A stretch of DNA of 64,000 nucleotides. Source: an uncultured Phycisphaerales bacterium. GTDB lineage: Bacteria > Planctomycetota > Phycisphaerae > WQYP01. How positions within the stretch are numbered: position 1 is the stretch's first letter; the number at the start of each line of letters is the position of its first letter. Position numbers and translations under genes: made by a program. The stretch covers positions 69,207 through 133,206 of the forward strand of contig CAIMWO010000031.1 of the NCBI GenBank assembly GCA_903845195.1, given 5' to 3'. Under the pieces are notes generated by a model. That model searched no databases. It saw only the letters and a program-made list of their open reading frames with translations, and was not told the DNA's origin. Below, in pieces: positions 49,315 to 58,751 of the stretch.

Positions 49315-49773
49315 CTAAGAACCGGTGCGCCGTTTAATCCATCGCACGGTGTAAACCCTGCGGCTGACTTGGGAATTATTGAACACCCGGCCATCCAAGT
49401 CTAGCGTGATCTCTACGCAGGGCCGATCAGCCGACAGGCCGGGAATCCCGCGGCACGGGTCGTTGATCTCCACGGGGTAAACCATTTTCGCCTGCTTCTC
49501 GGCCGCCTCGGGATTGTTCGGTTTCGCCAGCAATGTCCAAATCTTCCCACTCTGATCCTGGACGACCTTCGTGCCGCGGTCGAAGACGAAGACCTCCTCG
49601 CCATCTTGGTCCAACGATGGAAGCCTTGCCGGCAGAATGGCTCGCTCCGGTGCGTCGCGGGTAGACGCCGGGATCGTCGGTGCATTTTCGGGAAGCTTGC
49701 AGACCTTGAGTGTGACGCTAGTGGTAGCTGGCGGTTTGACCACGGCGCTGTTGATGTAGGGGGTGTGCAGCAA
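49315..49773 (-). CDS. Hypothetical protein
   Basis: 152-aa ORF with globular-looking C-terminal half. Confidence 0.45.
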   Translation of the reverse strand: MLHTPYINSAVVKPPATTSVTLKVCKLPENAPTIPASTRDAPERAILPARLPSLDQDGEEVFVFDRGTKVVQDQSGKIWTLLAKPNNPEAAEKQAKMVYPVEINDPCRGIPGLSADRPCVEITLDLDGRVFNNSQVSRRVYTVRWIKRRTGS

Positions 49774-49937
49774 CGTAGCAGCAGGTCAGGTAGGTGCCGC
49801 GTTGACTGCCCGATGCCTTGTGGTCGGCTACACACGCCAATGGTGATCTGCCCGGTGCCTCGGGTTGAAAGGGAAGGTGGTGGCGAAATCTGCGCAAGGT
49901 GATGGGGAAACGGTTTTACAAATGGACATAAATCCAT

Positions 49938-49957
49938 TGTAGTAAAATGTAGTAAAA
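49938..49957. repeat. Direct repeat TGTAGTAAAA x2 near the putative att site
   Basis: 49938-49947 and 49948-49957 in AT-rich DNA about 125 bp before the tRNA remnant. Confidence 0.6.
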
Positions 49958-50082
49958 TTAGCATTCATGATGCACGCGATGCACATCATGCGCATTCTGG
50001 AAATGCTCATAAATCACTTGTTTGCAAGTATTTCAGCGATGTCAGAGAGAAAATGCAGAAATGGCAAAACAGGCTATAGCCC

Positions 50083-50101
50083 GCTCATAACCCGGAGGTC
50101 G
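50083..50101 (+). other. tRNA-Met(CAT) anticodon-arm remnant (putative att core, left part)
   Basis: GCTCATAACCCGGAGGTCG matches the initiator tRNA anticodon loop, 3' stem and variable loop. Confidence 0.65.
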
Positions 50102-51438
50102 GAGCCGTCGAAGAACTCTGTGTGCAGACGGAAGATCGGTTGTCTGAAACTGTTCGTGTGGCATCACCCTGCTTCTACGCCGCCTTCCTGTAATAATGCC
50201 GCATCAGTCCACCAAGGAATGTTCGGCACTTCACTTCGCCCTTCGCTGTTGGCCGTGGCGGCGGGGACTGACCGGGGAATCGAAGTGGCTCGTTCGACTT
50301 CGACTGATGGGGCCGGTGGGTGTTGTAAAACGCCACGGCCTGTCGAGCGATGTAATCCAAATGGGCCAAACTGAAACCGTAAAAGTGGTTCAGACACTCT
50401 CGCTTGAAATTTCCGATCCATGATTCTGCGAAGGCGTTCGCATCGGGAGCCTCGAACGGCGTCTTTACTACCTTCACGCCATCGTTCCGAAAAATGGTGT
50501 CGAATTCCTCCGAGAACTTCTTGTCTCGATCATGCAGGATGAATCGCTGCTCGATGCCCGCATCATCCAACCACATCTTCAGGTTGCGTGCTTGCTGACA
50601 CACCCACTCCTCCTCGGGATGGTACGTCGCAGGCGACAGGAACACCTTCCGGCTCTCAACATGGATGAACATCAAGAAGTAGGCCGTCTTCTTGCCCAGC
50701 GGCGTCAGCACGTCCTTGCAGAAAAAATCACACGCCACGAGCGTGTTCATGTGCAACTCGATGAACTTCCGCCACGGGGAGTCAGGGACTCGGTGGGCAC
50801 GACGATGGGGGTCAGGGTACAGCCCCTCCTTCTTCAGGATGCGTCGGATGGAAGATCGTCCCACCTTTTCCCCCAGCTTCCGAAGTTCCCCGGTTATCCG
50901 GTTGATGCCCCACCCAAGGTTCTCCTTGCCAAGCCGGATCACGAGGTCGATGAGTTCCTTAGCCAACTTCGGGCGGCCCACCTTCTTGGGCTGCTTCCCA
51001 TCTCGCTCTTCCCGCTGCCAAGTCCGGTAGGTTTTGAGGCTCACCACTTGGAGGGTATCTTGAACTGCATGGCTCAGTTCGGCACCGAGGGCCAATAACC
51101 GCTTACGGTCGGTCGGGTCGATGACGACCCGGTTGCCCGGCAATTTCTTACGCAGTATTTCGTTCTGGAGTTTAAGGAAACGGACTTGAGCATCACGGCG
51201 GGCCGAAAGGCTCTCCATCAGCATCACGAGAACCATATGAAACCACTGCGGCATGGAAAATGGCCTTTCAAAAAAAGAAGCCATAAACCCTGTAACGGCA
51301 AAGGCCCGACAATTTGGACCCTTGCTACGCAGTTTCAACTTACAACACGAATTGGGGTGGGGCGAATTTCTCCCTCAACTACCCTCATTTTCATGCAAAT
51401 CGTCCAACCTATGGACTAAGGCATCCCGAATCATGCGA
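50102..51438 (-). mobile_element. Insertion sequence with rve-type DDE transposase (ends approximate)
   Basis: Lies between the two tRNA-Met remnants; terminal inverted repeats not resolved. Confidence 0.6.
50175..51254 (-). CDS. Integrase-core (rve) DDE transposase
   Basis: HTH WGINRITGEL, DDE at VACDFF, HDRDKKF and NAFAESW..KRECL; YNTHRPHQS. Confidence 0.92.
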   Translation of the reverse strand: MPQWFHMVLVMLMESLSARRDAQVRFLKLQNEILRKKLPGNRVVIDPTDRKRLLALGAELSHAVQDTLQVVSLKTYRTWQREERDGKQPKKVGRPKLAKELIDLVIRLGKENLGWGINRITGELRKLGEKVGRSSIRRILKKEGLYPDPHRRAHRVPDSPWRKFIELHMNTLVACDFFCKDVLTPLGKKTAYFLMFIHVESRKVFLSPATYHPEEEWVCQQARNLKMWLDDAGIEQRFILHDRDKKFSEEFDTIFRNDGVKVVKTPFEAPDANAFAESWIGNFKRECLNHFYGFSLAHLDYIARQAVAFYNTHRPHQSKSNEPLRFPGQSPPPRPTAKGEVKCRTFLGGLMRHYYRKAA

Positions 51439-51464
51439 CAGGTATCGAAACGCTCCCCCGCTAC
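51439..51464 (+). other. Degenerate tRNA-Met T-arm/acceptor 3' remnant (att, right part)
   Basis: CAGGTATCGAAACGCTCCCCCGCTAC resembles initiator tRNA CAGGTTCGAATCCTGCCCCCGCTAC. Confidence 0.5.
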
Positions 51465-51697
51465 TTCTTGTAGAATAAGGACTTACGATGAAAATTGTGA
51501 GGTATGTCGGCCACGTGCTCAGGCGCAAATTTTCGCAGGCGCTCAATCAGTACCGTCACCAGCTCGATCATTGGCGCGCGGACGTGCGTCTCAAACAATT
51601 CCTTGCGTGGAGCGAACCACTCGCGGTCATTGTTGTGCTCCAGCTCGCGAAAGAAGGTCGGCATCTGCCGTGCAAAACCGGAAAAACTGCTCTTCAT
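51461..51697 (-). pseudogene. Truncated DUF2461 (TIGR02453-like) gene
   Basis: FSGF..FFRELEHNNDREWF..K..FE..V..P is the family N-terminus; similarity stops near 51500, far short of full length. Confidence 0.75.
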
Positions 51698-51760
51698 AAT
51701 GGATCAATTGTATGCTGCCCTAATCCTCAAAATATTTCCATGCGCAATTTCCCCGGATCA

Positions 51761-54700
51761 TCAGAAGTTCGCGTAGCCCCAGAATTGGGGTTCTAGGCGG
51801 GCTTCAATGGCTTCGTCAGAAGTACCGGTGGCCTGACGGTTGGACCAATAGAGGCGATCTTTGACTTGGTTGCCATCGTCAGTGGTGAGGAAGCCCCAGT
51901 CCATACGGAGTCGGAGTCCTTTCTTGGGTTTGAGGCCGAGGTCGGAAAGGGGGATGGAGGCTTCGACGGTGAAGTCGTTGCCACCGGAGGCGGCGACTTT
52001 GGCGTTCGGGAGTTCGACGACGCGTTGGAAAGCGGTTTCGCCACCGGCGGGGGTGTAGGCGCGCCAGGCTTCGGTGGCTTTGGCGCCTGGGGCGACGGGT
52101 TGATAGAGGACGACGCGCGGTTTTCCGGCAACCATGGAGATGAGGAGTCGCAGATCGCCTGCGACGGGCTTGGTGCGGGCGGGGTCGGCGTCAGGGCTGG
52201 TGCCGAGGAGGAGGTCGACGGCGGCGCCGGTCTTGAAGAGGCGTTGAAAATCGCCGCCGGAATTCTTAAACGGACCGATCCCTTTGGCGGTCCAGCAGAG
52301 ATAAAGATTCTTCTCGTCATAGGCCATGGAAAAGGTGTGCGGGTTGTCGTTGCCCATGGTGGCGCCGGCATCTCCCCATTCCTTGGGCTTGCGAAGACCA
52401 TCGATCTTGGGCGTTTCGCCATCGAGAGGATCGATGGCCTTGACCTTAAGGATGGAGGGCCGGCTTTCAACGAGCCTCCGGACCTGCTGCGATTCCCAGG
52501 CTTTGGCGCGATCGATATCGGCCTGGGTGACGGTGAAATCAGTGGTGACGCGTTTGAAACGGTCGAGGCCGCGGACTTCCATGATGCTCATGCTGGTGAA
52601 GCCGGTGATGATGTAGTATTTGCCGGTGGCCTCGGCGCGGGTGAAGAAGCCGTGGAAGTGTTCCTGTGAGCCGGTGAGCGGATCGACGCGCATGCCGGGC
52701 TTGATGTCGGGCATGGAGAGGAAGTGGGCGCGGGGGTCGGTTTTGTGAAGGAGGATTTGTCCTGCGAGGAGCCCGTCGGCGGTCCAGATGCGCCACTGCC
52801 CATCGTTGCCGGAGGTGACGACAAATTCGCCGAGATCGCCGGGGTCGGTTTCGTGTCCGATGATGCCGAACTCGTTGGCGACATCGCCAGCTTTCCATGG
52901 ATGGATGGAAAGGCCCGAGACGCCGGCGTTGGAGACGGGGTAGGACCAGAGGAGCTTGCCATTGGGATCGGTGACGAAGTTGCTTTCGGGCCCGTCGGCG
53001 CCGGGGTGACCGTGGAGGGTGAGGAAGTTGCCATTGTTGAGTTTGAGGAACGAGCCGCGGTTGGGCGAGGCGACGCGCTGGTAGACGGGCGAACCGTTGG
53101 GGAGGGTTTCTTTAACCTCGTAGCGTGCATCGGTACCCATGCATCCGAGCTGGGTGTCGAAGGGACCGAATGCGGGTCCTCGTTCGTCGTCGGCCTTGGG
53201 TTCAAAGGTGACTTCGTCGGGCGAAACCTTGCCGTCGCCATTGCGGTCGGTCCAGATAAACTTGAAATCTTCGGGGCATTTTCCGCCGAGGAGAGAGACG
53301 ATGGCGCTGGCGCGCAGGGGCGGGAAGTGGTCGGCGTTGCCAAAGGCGGCGACCATGCGCACGGGCGTATTGTCATCGGCGAGGTAGACGATGGGGACGG
53401 ATTGGCGGTCGTTGAGCGTGATGGGGACAGTCACGAGGTAGGTATGGCCATTGGCCCGGGCCGCGACGAGATCGTTACCGTAGAACGGCTGGACGAGCTG
53501 GCTGTGGATTCGGGAGAAGTTCTTGGCGTAGTCGATTTCGAACTCGGTGTTGCCGAGGTAAGCACGGGAGATGTCGTAACGGTTGAGAGTGCCGCCGCCG
53601 CCATAATGCGTACTGCCGGTCATTTCCTTGAGGAGCTTGCCGGTAGTGGCGTTGTATTGGAGGACGCGGCGCGGGTTGTCGACGCCTTCGACGATCCAGA
53701 GGCTGAGGTTGCGGTCGACGCACATGGAGATGACGTTGCGGTTGAAGCGCTGGGGGTCCCAGGGCCCGACCGCAGCGCCGCCCGGATTGCCGATGGTGTG
53801 GAGAAATCTTCCGGAGGTATCGAAGACGCGGACAGTGCCGTGGCCGACGTCGGAGAAATCCATGACATAGAGGTTGCCATCGGGACCGACGGCCATATTG
53901 GCGCATTCGACGTTGACGAGCGTGGTCAGTGCACCGGTGTCGGTGTTGACTTTGACGATGGAGCGGTGGTCGCCGTTGATGGCGACGAGCTCGCCGGACG
54001 GGAGAAAGCCCAAACCATGCCAGCCAAGGTGGACAGGGAGCTCTTTGAGGAGTGTGCCGGTAGTGCCATCGTGGATTTCAAGGCGTTCGTAGACGAGGGA
54101 GTCGATGGGGGGTTCCCCGCCGAGGTATTGGAGGGGCGCGACGCCGTAGATTTTGCAGCGGCGGGTGTCAAGGTTCATGATGTAGGACTTGGAGATATGC
54201 ATGCCGTGTTCGTCGCGGCCGTCATGACGGAGGCAGCCGCCTTCGGCGTTGTCCATCCAGGGCTCGACGATGCGGATGCGGACGGCGCGGGTGGTCTGGG
54301 AGGTGCGAACGCCATTCTCTTTGAATTCGACGTAGCCATCGATGTAGTTGGCGTATTGATTGTCATCAGCTTTGTATTTTGCGGTGCGGCGGCCGGGTTT
54401 GAAGGTGGCGACATTTTTCCAGCCGGCGGTGGTGGGGGAGGCGACGGGCGCATCGAGGGGGATGGTGCCATCGGGTCCGTTCCAGACGTCGATCTCGGCA
54501 CGAGCGCCATCAATTTCCTTGATCGCCAGGCCATCGATCTTCTGGGGGGTGGTCCATTCCATGAGATAGACGGCGGGTTTGTCCTCGCCGATGGATTCGG
54601 TGCGCTGGGCTTCCCATTCGCCGTTGGCAGTGGGTTTGCCGGAGTTGACGCGGATGGCGGCGGTAGTGGAGAGATCCTTGAAACGGCGGTTGAGGATGCG

Positions 54701-56932
54701 GAGGCCGTCGAGGTGAGCGAACCACTGTTTGTCGCTGAGAGCATCTCCGCCGGAGCGGCTGATCTTGACGCGGAGGGCGCGGGTCAGTGTGTTCTCGGCG
54801 GCGGTGAGGCATTCCCAGCGGCCGGGGCGGCCCTGGTCGGGAAGTGGCGTCCAGTCTTTGTTGTTGGAGGGCCGTGGAGGGAAGGGGGCATCAGCTTTGA
54901 GGACGCTGAATTCGAGTTTGTCCGTGGTGACGGGGTGGGGGAAAACAATGCTGCCGATGGGGACGGGCTGTTTGAAGGCGATGACGGTGTATTGTTCATC
55001 GCCGGTGCCTTCGGTGGTTTCGAGGTTGAGGTCGCCATTGCCCTGGGGCTTGCCGGTCTTGGCGGGGGCCTCCTTGCCGGGGACTCTTCCGCCGAGGCGG
55101 AGGAGGTGTGGAAGTTGCGTGGTGGGTTTGGGCAGGCAATGTTCGAGATCGACGCCGGCGGTGGAGGTGGGGTTGTCGAAGAGGGGGATGCCGGAAAAGG
55201 CGAGATAGACTTTGTTGTCGTGAGCGGAGATGGCGGTGAGGCTTCCGCGGCGTTCGGGGGTGCCGATGGGGAAGATGACGCTGGCTTCGTGGGTGGCGGG
55301 GTCCATGCGGTAAATTTTATGGCCGGTGGATTCGATGAAGACGGATTTCTGATCTGCGGTGAGGCGATTGACGCCGAGCCATGCGCCGAAGTCGTGACGG
55401 CCCCAGAGTTTTTTGCCATCGAGGTCGGTTTCGATCATGCAGACGCCGGCTTCAGCCATTGGCGCGCCGAAGTAGACGTGGTCGCCGACGGAGGTGACGG
55501 CCCAGTTCTGAGAGTGGTCGGAGAGCCAGCCGTTGGGGCCGTCGTGGCTGGTGAGCCACGGGGTGCGGTCGGGGAAATAGTTTTGCACGTTGGGGTAGGG
55601 GCAATTCTGGAAGACGAGTTCGACGAGAGGCCCGGTGATGGCCTTGAGCCGGTAATTGCCAGGGGCGACATAATTTCCAGTGGGATCTTTGAGGTTCCAG
55701 GGGATTTCACGGGTGGCTTTGGGGAGAACGGTCTGGGCCGAGAGATTCAGGAGGCGATGGCCATCTGCGGTGTCGATCGCCAACGCGGACGGCCCCTCGG
55801 CGGTGATGGCGGCGGGGATGCGGAAGGGAGGGCCATCATCGCGCTGGGTGATTGCGGGCGGGGTGGCGTCTTTCAGATCAATGAAAGAGCCGAAGCCGCT
55901 GATCCAGGCGTCGTTTCCATTGCTGCCGGTGATTTCAATTTTTACGGCGCGCGTGGCGCCGGCAGGAAGGTTCACCCAGCGGGTGAAGTAGCCCCACCAT
56001 TTGAATTTGTGAGTGCATTCGCGAACGGCGGCGGCATCAATCTTTTCCCAATCCTGTGCGGGGGCCAGAGCGGGGTTAGCGGCGACATCGCCCTTCATGC
56101 GATAGACGTTGAAGGCGGTGATATTGGAACTGAAAAAGAGGCCGGCGATGTCCTGAGGTTTATCCCAGGCCAGGACATACCAGGTCGGATTCTTGGGCGT
56201 GGGGGCGGTGTTCTTGGACTTGGTTTTTCCGGCGGCGAGGCTGGACCAGCCGGTGCCGCGGGCGATGCCGTCGGGATCTCCCGCGCTGGCGCCGCCTGCA
56301 CAGTAGCCTTTGGCGGAAAAGGTGAGGTCGGCAAGGCGGGCGCGATAGAAATTCCAATGGGCGAGGCTGGAGGAGCCTGCAGTACGGACGTCACGATAAA
56401 GGAAGGCGCGGGTTTTTGTGCCTGGTGGAAGGGCGGCGCTGCGGAGAAGCTGCTGAACGCCAGTGAATTCAATTTTATTCCACTGGGCCTGGTCGACGGG
56501 ATTGGGGGCTGCCGAGACATTGTCTTTGAGGTAGAAGACTTCACCGCCGTTCCGGGAGCCGGTGTTGGTGGAGAAATCAGCAGGTTCGATGGCGACGGTG
56601 CCGACGGTGACGGGTTCCTTGAGCACGACGAGGTAATCGAACGTGGTCTCCGCGTCGACTCCAACTTTTCCCGCTTCCCAGCGATTTTCCTCCCAATTGC
56701 CGTCAGGCGAGGTCAGACCGAGGGTGCGGGAGACGATGGCGGCATCGCCGGGTGTGGCTTTGCCGTTGAGAGACGTGCGGGTGAGGGTCATGTCGATCTT
56801 GTCGGCGGAGAAGGCGAGGGTGAAGGCATCGCCGGTGGGGCGCGGTTCAGCCCAAGTGGAAAGGAGGAAGGCGGCACTGGCGAGGATCGCGAAGGCAGGG
56901 AGCAGGAATTTTGTTCGTTTGCGCGAGTTCAT
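51761..56932 (-). CDS. Large secreted protein (FlgD-Ig-like, beta-propeller, C-terminal CBM9-like)
   Basis: Signal peptide; WNLKDPTGNYVAPGNY; NHL-like MAVGPDGNLYV; IDG..EW..AYDEKNLYL..VEASIPLSDLG. Confidence 0.85.
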   Translation of the reverse strand: MNSRKRTKFLLPAFAILASAAFLLSTWAEPRPTGDAFTLAFSADKIDMTLTRTSLNGKATPGDAAIVSRTLGLTSPDGNWEENRWEAGKVGVDAETTFDYLVVLKEPVTVGTVAIEPADFSTNTGSRNGGEVFYLKDNVSAAPNPVDQAQWNKIEFTGVQQLLRSAALPPGTKTRAFLYRDVRTAGSSSLAHWNFYRARLADLTFSAKGYCAGGASAGDPDGIARGTGWSSLAAGKTKSKNTAPTPKNPTWYVLAWDKPQDIAGLFFSSNITAFNVYRMKGDVAANPALAPAQDWEKIDAAAVRECTHKFKWWGYFTRWVNLPAGATRAVKIEITGSNGNDAWISGFGSFIDLKDATPPAITQRDDGPPFRIPAAITAEGPSALAIDTADGHRLLNLSAQTVLPKATREIPWNLKDPTGNYVAPGNYRLKAITGPLVELVFQNCPYPNVQNYFPDRTPWLTSHDGPNGWLSDHSQNWAVTSVGDHVYFGAPMAEAGVCMIETDLDGKKLWGRHDFGAWLGVNRLTADQKSVFIESTGHKIYRMDPATHEASVIFPIGTPERRGSLTAISAHDNKVYLAFSGIPLFDNPTSTAGVDLEHCLPKPTTQLPHLLRLGGRVPGKEAPAKTGKPQGNGDLNLETTEGTGDEQYTVIAFKQPVPIGSIVFPHPVTTDKLEFSVLKADAPFPPRPSNNKDWTPLPDQGRPGRWECLTAAENTLTRALRVKISRSGGDALSDKQWFAHLDGLRILNRRFKDLSTTAAIRVNSGKPTANGEWEAQRTESIGEDKPAVYLMEWTTPQKIDGLAIKEIDGARAEIDVWNGPDGTIPLDAPVASPTTAGWKNVATFKPGRRTAKYKADDNQYANYIDGYVEFKENGVRTSQTTRAVRIRIVEPWMDNAEGGCLRHDGRDEHGMHISKSYIMNLDTRRCKIYGVAPLQYLGGEPPIDSLVYERLEIHDGTTGTLLKELPVHLGWHGLGFLPSGELVAINGDHRSIVKVNTDTGALTTLVNVECANMAVGPDGNLYVMDFSDVGHGTVRVFDTSGRFLHTIGNPGGAAVGPWDPQRFNRNVISMCVDRNLSLWIVEGVDNPRRVLQYNATTGKLLKEMTGSTHYGGGGTLNRYDISRAYLGNTEFEIDYAKNFSRIHSQLVQPFYGNDLVAARANGHTYLVTVPITLNDRQSVPIVYLADDNTPVRMVAAFGNADHFPPLRASAIVSLLGGKCPEDFKFIWTDRNGDGKVSPDEVTFEPKADDERGPAFGPFDTQLGCMGTDARYEVKETLPNGSPVYQRVASPNRGSFLKLNNGNFLTLHGHPGADGPESNFVTDPNGKLLWSYPVSNAGVSGLSIHPWKAGDVANEFGIIGHETDPGDLGEFVVTSGNDGQWRIWTADGLLAGQILLHKTDPRAHFLSMPDIKPGMRVDPLTGSQEHFHGFFTRAEATGKYYIITGFTSMSIMEVRGLDRFKRVTTDFTVTQADIDRAKAWESQQVRRLVESRPSILKVKAIDPLDGETPKIDGLRKPKEWGDAGATMGNDNPHTFSMAYDEKNLYLCWTAKGIGPFKNSGGDFQRLFKTGAAVDLLLGTSPDADPARTKPVAGDLRLLISMVAGKPRVVLYQPVAPGAKATEAWRAYTPAGGETAFQRVVELPNAKVAASGGNDFTVEASIPLSDLGLKPKKGLRLRMDWGFLTTDDGNQVKDRLYWSNRQATGTSDEAIEARLEPQFWGYANF

Positions 56933-57049
56933 AGAGATTCCTTTGCGGATGAACGTGCGATTTGGAGGTCACATGCGAAATGACACAAGGACTAGGGGAC
57001 GCGACTACAAGAGTTTCGAGAACAGAAATCTATTAGAGAAGCAGGAATA

Positions 57050-57095
57050 AAGAATCAAGAAGAAAGAAAAAGAGTACCTAACCTTCTTGATTCTT
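57050..57095. terminator. Intergenic stem-loop
   Basis: AAGAATCAAGAAG / CTTCTTGATTCTT 13-bp inverted repeat just downstream of the TPR gene. Confidence 0.4.
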
Positions 57096-57119
57096 CCTCC
57101 TTACTTCATAGACAACATC

Positions 57120-58751
57120 TTAATTCTTTTCGCCTTCAGTTGCGCCGCCGAGGGTGTCGTCGAAGTGGTGGACGGTCTTGAGGCGGACGTGGGCTTCGGA
57201 CGCAGCACCGCTCTTCGGGAAGAGGTGGTTGACCTTGCGAAGCAGTTTGATGGCGGTGTCGTTGTCGTTGAGTTTTTCGTATTCGAGAGCCATGCAGTAG
57301 ATGGCGTGAGGCGTATCGGTTTCGAAGGCGGCGCCGATTTCGGAATATTGGGCGATGGCTTCCTTGTATTTCTTCTGGGCCGAAAGGCATTCGGCGACGC
57401 GATAGAGATTGGCGGGTTCATTCTGGGCCTGGCGGAATTCCTTGATGGCTTCATCATTCTTGCCCGACCAGGCCAGCGCATTGCCGACCCACATGAAAAC
57501 ATTGGTAGATTCATGGGAATCGAGTTCGGAGATTTTGCGGCGGCGGGTGATGGCGTCGTTCAACTTGCCGGCCTGGCGTAACACTTCGGAAGTACGCTCG
57601 AGGCTGAACTTGCGGTTTTTCATCAGGTCCCAGGCGGCGACGGCCTGTTCGATGTCGCCTTTCTCACGGACGAGGGTGGCGTACATATCGATGGCCCAGT
57701 CGGCATCCTTGTGGAACTGGCGGGCCTCGGAGGCGACGCCGATGGCTTTGTCGATTTTGTTGGCGCGCTTGTAGAGCTCGACCATGAGGCCGTAAGTCCA
57801 AGGCGCGTTGCTATAGAGTTTGCGGGCTTCGAGGGCCTGCTTGACGGCTTCGTCGGTGTTCCCGATCGTCTGGAAGATGTTGACGACGCCGCGGGTCAGA
57901 TCTTCGTGGTAAGGGCGATCCTTATTTTCGTGAAGCCAGCCCATGACCGTGTTGGAAAGAAGCTCTGCGACTTTGTCACGGCGGGCGGCCAGTTCCTTGG
58001 TGTTGAGATCGTAGATGACCGATTCGCCGTTGCCTACGAACATGCGCTGCGCATCGGACTCCTGCCGGACGGATCGGTACAGGATATATGCGCCGGGAAC
58101 ATCACCGGCCAGAAGTTTCTCGCGAGCCAGCCCTTCGGCGGCCTCACGGTAACGATCGCCATCCAAACGGTTCTTGTTAAAGCGGTCGATGAATTCTTCC
58201 CAGACGGGGACGCGCTCGCGGAGTTTCTTCTGGCCTTCAAGAATGGCCACGTGCTCGAGCGCTGCGTGGAACGCGGTGGGGTGCGTGCCGTTATTCTTGA
58301 AGAGGTCCTTATAAATGACGATCGCTTTTTCGACATCACCCGACTGGCGATAGCACTGGCCGATGCGGAGGTAGGCCCACTTGGCGTCATCGGAATCGGG
58401 GGCGATATCCCGGACGAACTGAAAATCAGAAACGGCGAGATTGGGCTTGCCCTGAAGGCGGAGGCATTCGGCCATCATGAGCTGGCAGTAGGTGGCGACA
58501 TCGCTCTTGGAGTGGGCATTCATGAATTTTTCGTAGGAGTTGCGCGCCGCGGTGAAGGAGGCTTTCTTGCGGAAGACGTCCTCGGCGGCCTTGAGCTCGG
58601 CGAATTCTATTTCACTGAGATTTTTCCAACGCGCAGCGCTGAGGGCGCCGGGTTCGTCGGCGCTCGCGGTACGTGGCAAGGGAATGAGCATCGACGCTCC
58701 AAGGAGCGTCAGCAAAACAGCAATAGTAGGGGGGCGTTGGAAGGATTTCAT
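57120..58751 (-). CDS. Secreted tetratricopeptide-repeat protein
   Basis: Signal peptide; multiple TPR helix pairs. Confidence 0.88.
   Translation of the reverse strand: MKSFQRPPTIAVLLTLLGASMLIPLPRTASADEPGALSAARWKNLSEIEFAELKAAEDVFRKKASFTAARNSYEKFMNAHSKSDVATYCQLMMAECLRLQGKPNLAVSDFQFVRDIAPDSDDAKWAYLRIGQCYRQSGDVEKAIVIYKDLFKNNGTHPTAFHAALEHVAILEGQKKLRERVPVWEEFIDRFNKNRLDGDRYREAAEGLAREKLLAGDVPGAYILYRSVRQESDAQRMFVGNGESVIYDLNTKELAARRDKVAELLSNTVMGWLHENKDRPYHEDLTRGVVNIFQTIGNTDEAVKQALEARKLYSNAPWTYGLMVELYKRANKIDKAIGVASEARQFHKDADWAIDMYATLVREKGDIEQAVAAWDLMKNRKFSLERTSEVLRQAGKLNDAITRRRKISELDSHESTNVFMWVGNALAWSGKNDEAIKEFRQAQNEPANLYRVAECLSAQKKYKEAIAQYSEIGAAFETDTPHAIYCMALEYEKLNDNDTAIKLLRKVNHLFPKSGAASEAHVRLKTVHHFDDTLGGATEGEKN

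Noticed and set aside
50083-50160. Intact tRNA-Met
   Set aside because: No 5' half or D-arm, and the T-arm is displaced by about 1.3 kb; it is a remnant only.
52724-56983. 1419-aa + strand ORF
   Set aside because: Antisense shadow of the 1723-aa gene, expected from high-GC codon bias; no motifs.
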